A DNA stretch of 64,000 nucleotides from Candidatus Poribacteria bacterium. Its GTDB lineage: Bacteria; Poribacteria; WGA-4E; PCPOR2b. The first letter of the stretch is position 1; each line of letters opens with the position of its first letter. Positions 60,788 to 64,000 of the stretch are shown one piece after another. Where the stretch lies: the NCBI GenBank assembly GCA_965116925.1, contig OZ220744.1, forward strand, positions 1,312,001 through 1,376,000. The letters run 5' to 3'. The notes under the pieces were generated by a model that had not been told where the DNA came from, did no database searches, and saw only the letters and a list, made by a program, of their open reading frames with translations. Position numbers and translations under genes: made by a program.

Positions 60788-61798
60788 TTACCTCCCAAGT
60801 CGTTTCTGGTTCGCCTGCATAATAGCCGACATAATTTCCGATCTGGTTATATGGCGGATATCGAATTTAAGCTCTTCAAAAAACGGAAAAAGATCCTGAC
60901 CGGCTGCTTGGCTCAGATAGTAGACCAGAAAGCTGGTAGCCATTTCACCGGGCAGCCTTTGATGCAGTTGATCTTCTTCCATTAACTGAAAAACTGTCGG
61001 GTAAAAATCCTCACCAAACCGCTTTTTCAATTCCGCCACGATTGAGTAGGAGTAGCTATACCGCCATTGAGTCAACTGATCTGCGCTGAGATGCCCCTTC
61101 CAGAATTGGACCGCATTGCGACCATCAAGATCGGTTTCCAAATCTTTATGCAGATCCAGCCGGCGGTGACTCTTTCCCCGCGCATATTCGACCTGAACCA
61201 GAACCGCGATGCCTTCTGCAAACCATGTCGGCAGCAGGTAGATATTTGTGAACGCGTGGGTCAACTCATGCGCTCGGACATCCCTCTGGTTAAACATTGC
61301 AACAGGGAAATCCATTTCGATCCCTTCAACAACTTTTAACCACTCACCGTTTTGGTAAATTGTTTGGGTGCGAGTTGATGTCGTTGCAAGGTTTGTAGAG
61401 CCGTGATGGGTCTGCCGGAGGTTCACCACTAGTTGGTGCTCCGGTTCAAAGCCGAAGATGTCATGAACGTAATTGTAAAGACTCTCCATAAACAGCAGCG
61501 CACCTTTGCCCACATTCTGACGCTCGTCGGGGTCATCATAGTCTGGATGTGTTAGCAGATCCGCGGCAAAGGTAAAGGTGTAATGCTCGCTCTCAAGCGT
61601 CAAGCCATCTGCTGCCATTTCGATTTCAGTGGTTGGACGTTCAAATGTCACATACCGTTCTTGTTGCTCTCGTCTGGTTCGCTCCTGTTTGCGCTGTTGT
61701 GCCTCTTCCAAGGCAGCGCAACCTATAAAAAGAAATGCAGCTATGACTAAAATTGATATAGGGGAGGAATGCTTGATAAATTGATTAAGGTTTTTCAC
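60788..61798 (-). CDS. Gluzincin/peptidase MA-like lipoprotein
   Basis: FIGC lipobox, HELTH..PTWFAEGIA, downstream YSYS. Confidence 0.7.
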   Translation of the reverse strand: MKNLNQFIKHSSPISILVIAAFLFIGCAALEEAQQRKQERTRREQQERYVTFERPTTEIEMAADGLTLESEHYTFTFAADLLTHPDYDDPDERQNVGKGALLFMESLYNYVHDIFGFEPEHQLVVNLRQTHHGSTNLATTSTRTQTIYQNGEWLKVVEGIEMDFPVAMFNQRDVRAHELTHAFTNIYLLPTWFAEGIAVLVQVEYARGKSHRRLDLHKDLETDLDGRNAVQFWKGHLSADQLTQWRYSYSYSIVAELKKRFGEDFYPTVFQLMEEDQLHQRLPGEMATSFLVYYLSQAAGQDLFPFFEELKFDIRHITRSEIMSAIMQANQKRLGR

Positions 61799-61875
61799 TT
61801 ATTGTTCTCCCTCTCCGATCAATGGATGCGGCGTTTACTAGCTTTCAACCGAGATTCAAGGATTTTTTGGGAGAG

Positions 61876-63021
61876 TTAATCGGCAGCTATATCAGCCGAG
61901 TCAACTTGTGCCGCGCGAATTGCATCACAGAGGTAACCGATACCTTCGCCTATATAATCAAGATGGGTGTACGCGTAAGCCAAGCGGATGCTTTTGACGG
62001 GATCGCCTCGATAATGGAATGCACTACCGGTGCTGTAACCCACGTTGTGTTGTGCAGCAATTTCTGCGACCTTGTCCATATCCGTTGTTTCCGGTAAATC
62101 AATCCAGAGGAAAAGCCCACCACGCGGCTCAGTCCACGTGCAAATGTCGCTGACATCTTCCCGGAGTGTGCCAACCACAGCACGACACTTCGCGCCTACT
62201 GCAGCGTTTGTCTTGGCTAGGTGTGCATCGAGATGTTCTTTGAAGAACTCTGCCACGATCGCGCTCGCTAGTGCACTACATCCACCATCCCACCGATTCG
62301 CATGAATCATCTCTTTATGTGGCGATTTGGCGACGAAATATCCCTGACGGAGACCACAACCGAGAATCTTCGAGAACGTTGCGATTAAAATGACGCGGTT
62401 TGATGTATCTAGTTTGTAAAGTGCGTCAGGTGTTGGGTTCGGCACAAAGTCAATGTCGCCATAACAATCGTCTTCAACAATCAGAGTATCATATTCTTCT
62501 GCCAGTTCCAACATCCGTTCTCGCCGTTCTAGCGACAGGATCGCTGACGTGGGATTTTGATGATTGGACGTGGTATAGATGAAACTCGGCTTGATGTTCT
62601 GAGCCTTGAGCTCTTTCAGTTTTTCCTCAAGAGCGTCCATGTTCATGCCGTCGATGTAGTCCATCGGCACACCCACGATATTCGCTTTGCAGTGTCGCAT
62701 GATGCCAAGCGTACCGCTGTAGGTATACTCTTCGGTTAAAACTGTATCTCCGGGGTTGATGAAGGTGCCTAGAACAAGTTCAAGTGCCTGCATCGAGCCG
62801 GACGTGATTGAAATGTCATCAACGTCTAACGGCACACCTTCCCGCCGTTCAAAACGCATTGACGCCAACTCACGTAAGCCCAGATATCCCTGTTCACCGG
62901 GATAGTTCACAAGATCTCCGCCTAACTTACGTAGTGCTTTCTCACTAGCTTCAATCAAACCCTCCGTCGGAAACGTAAACGGGTCAGGGCGTCCACCTGT
63001 AAAAGCAAAGTCTTTATCCAT
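61876..63021 (-). CDS. PLP-dependent class I aminotransferase (ARO8/MocR-like)
   Basis: GSMQAL, QNPT, EDDCY, TFSKILGCGLR; ATG 63021 follows AGGAG. Confidence 0.9.
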   Translation of the reverse strand: MDKDFAFTGGRPDPFTFPTEGLIEASEKALRKLGGDLVNYPGEQGYLGLRELASMRFERREGVPLDVDDISITSGSMQALELVLGTFINPGDTVLTEEYTYSGTLGIMRHCKANIVGVPMDYIDGMNMDALEEKLKELKAQNIKPSFIYTTSNHQNPTSAILSLERRERMLELAEEYDTLIVEDDCYGDIDFVPNPTPDALYKLDTSNRVILIATFSKILGCGLRQGYFVAKSPHKEMIHANRWDGGCSALASAIVAEFFKEHLDAHLAKTNAAVGAKCRAVVGTLREDVSDICTWTEPRGGLFLWIDLPETTDMDKVAEIAAQHNVGYSTGSAFHYRGDPVKSIRLAYAYTHLDYIGEGIGYLCDAIRAAQVDSADIAAD

Positions 63022-63396
63022 AATATTCTCCTTTAAAAACGGTGATTGGATCCCCGGATGGAACACTTTGATATATTCCTACACACCAAAGTCGTTGTGT
63101 TGTTTCAACGCTTGTGGAATGATGAATCCATGATGCTGTAAGTGCCGCTGGGGCATCATAGCCCAGAATCGGGACACATTTCTATTCTGTACGGTCTCTG
63201 AATGGGTCATACTTCCCAACCTAATTGAGACAATTATAGCGTATTTCCATTAGAAATACAAGTATTTAGAGGAGATATGGTAGATGATCTACAAGAATGC
63301 CATGGGGATTCTACTAAGCATCAGAACGATACAACGGAATCGGCAACTCGAAGGTTGACTGCAAGGTTAGGTAAATCACTCAATTCGCGCAAACAG

Positions 63397-63443
63397 AAAG
63401 CCCCGGTATTAGACGACAATCTGTGCCGATACCGGGGCTTTTT
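63397..63443. terminator. Intrinsic terminator-like hairpin
   Basis: AAAGCCCCGGTAT...ATACCGGGGCTTTTT downstream of the PhyH-family gene. Confidence 0.6.
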
Positions 63444-63481
63444 CATACTGTGACTTGTTGAATCAGATTGACGCTCTCTCT

Positions 63482-64000
63482 TTAGGCGTCCTCTAGACTA
63501 ATCAGGTTGTTTGCTGCATGAACGGGACGGAAAAGGGTGCGACGCTTTGGTGGCATTGATTCTAGGAGTTGAGGATGCGGATCCCAATCGTGCCATTTGG
63601 TGTCAACTGTGTTGTAACAGCTAAAGATAGCGAGCCGGTCATTTTCCGTATTTGTCCACGCTGAGCTGCTATGAGTAATAGCTTCGGTGAAGAACATCAA
63701 AGAGCCGGCAGGACAGGAATAGGTGTCCCAGAGAGGTGAATCGGGATTCTGAATGCTTGGAGGCGCGGTGTATACCGCCTTATGGCTCGCCGTGACGAAC
63801 AGTGTGCCACCCTGTCCTTCTTTCACCGGATTCAACTCCCAAACCACGCGGGTTAGACCGCTATGCGCCCTACCGGGGACGCAGTGATAGAAATGGGAAT
63901 CCCCCGGAAAACGCCACAGTCCATTACCGTTGTGTGGTCCGAATGGCGTATCACCGATTGTCCGATACATGAGGCTGCAAGATTCCATACGGAATCCGTA
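63482..64000 (-). CDS. PhyH-family dioxygenase (5' end outside the window)
   Basis: VVWEL..GGTLFVTASHK..AGSLMFFTEAITH..W..R; frame open to the window edge. Confidence 0.75.
   Translation of the reverse strand, partial: YGFRMESCSLMYRTIGDTPFGPHNGNGLWRFPGDSHFYHCVPGRAHSGLTRVVWELNPVKEGQGGTLFVTASHKAVYTAPPSIQNPDSPLWDTYSCPAGSLMFFTEAITHSSSAWTNTENDRLAIFSCYNTVDTKWHDWDPHPQLLESMPPKRRTLFRPVHAANNLISLEDA

Noticed and set aside
63079..63210. 43-codon minus-strand ORF upstream of the aminotransferase
   Set aside because: Short, with no recognisable motif or leader-peptide signature

Overview
Bacterial window of about 50% GC. The gene content (PhyH-family dioxygenases, Uma2, DUF4058, serpins, many small repeats) suggests Candidatus Poribacteria or a similar lineage, but this is inference only. 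From left to right: (1) a minus-strand T2SS/type IV pilus hybrid cluster (gspE-F-G-H-I-J-K, a pilM-pilN fusion, and a gspM/pilO-like gene running off the left edge) with extra helix-hairpin-helix-like motifs; (2) a HAD hydrolase and a ThDP enzyme; (3) an 11-subunit complex I-like operon (nuoABCDHIJKLMN, no nuoEFG) with a Rex/CRP-type operator, an insertion in NuoI, and MITEs or passenger genes at five junctions; (4) metabolic and housekeeping genes (htpX, proS, pgk, sucC, acs, sbcCD and others), among them a split DUF6178-like pair, an orphan DNA methyltransferase, two tandem lipoprotein serpins, a GlmU-like/DUF89 phosphatase fusion and a CsgG/FlgT-like gene behind a sigma54-type promoter. At least three MITE families are visible, two with clear target-site duplications. 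One copy is nested inside another element and one sits in frame in the cleaved leader of pseudopilin GspI. No rRNA, tRNA, CRISPR array or transposase was found. All family assignments are by motif recognition; no database search was run.
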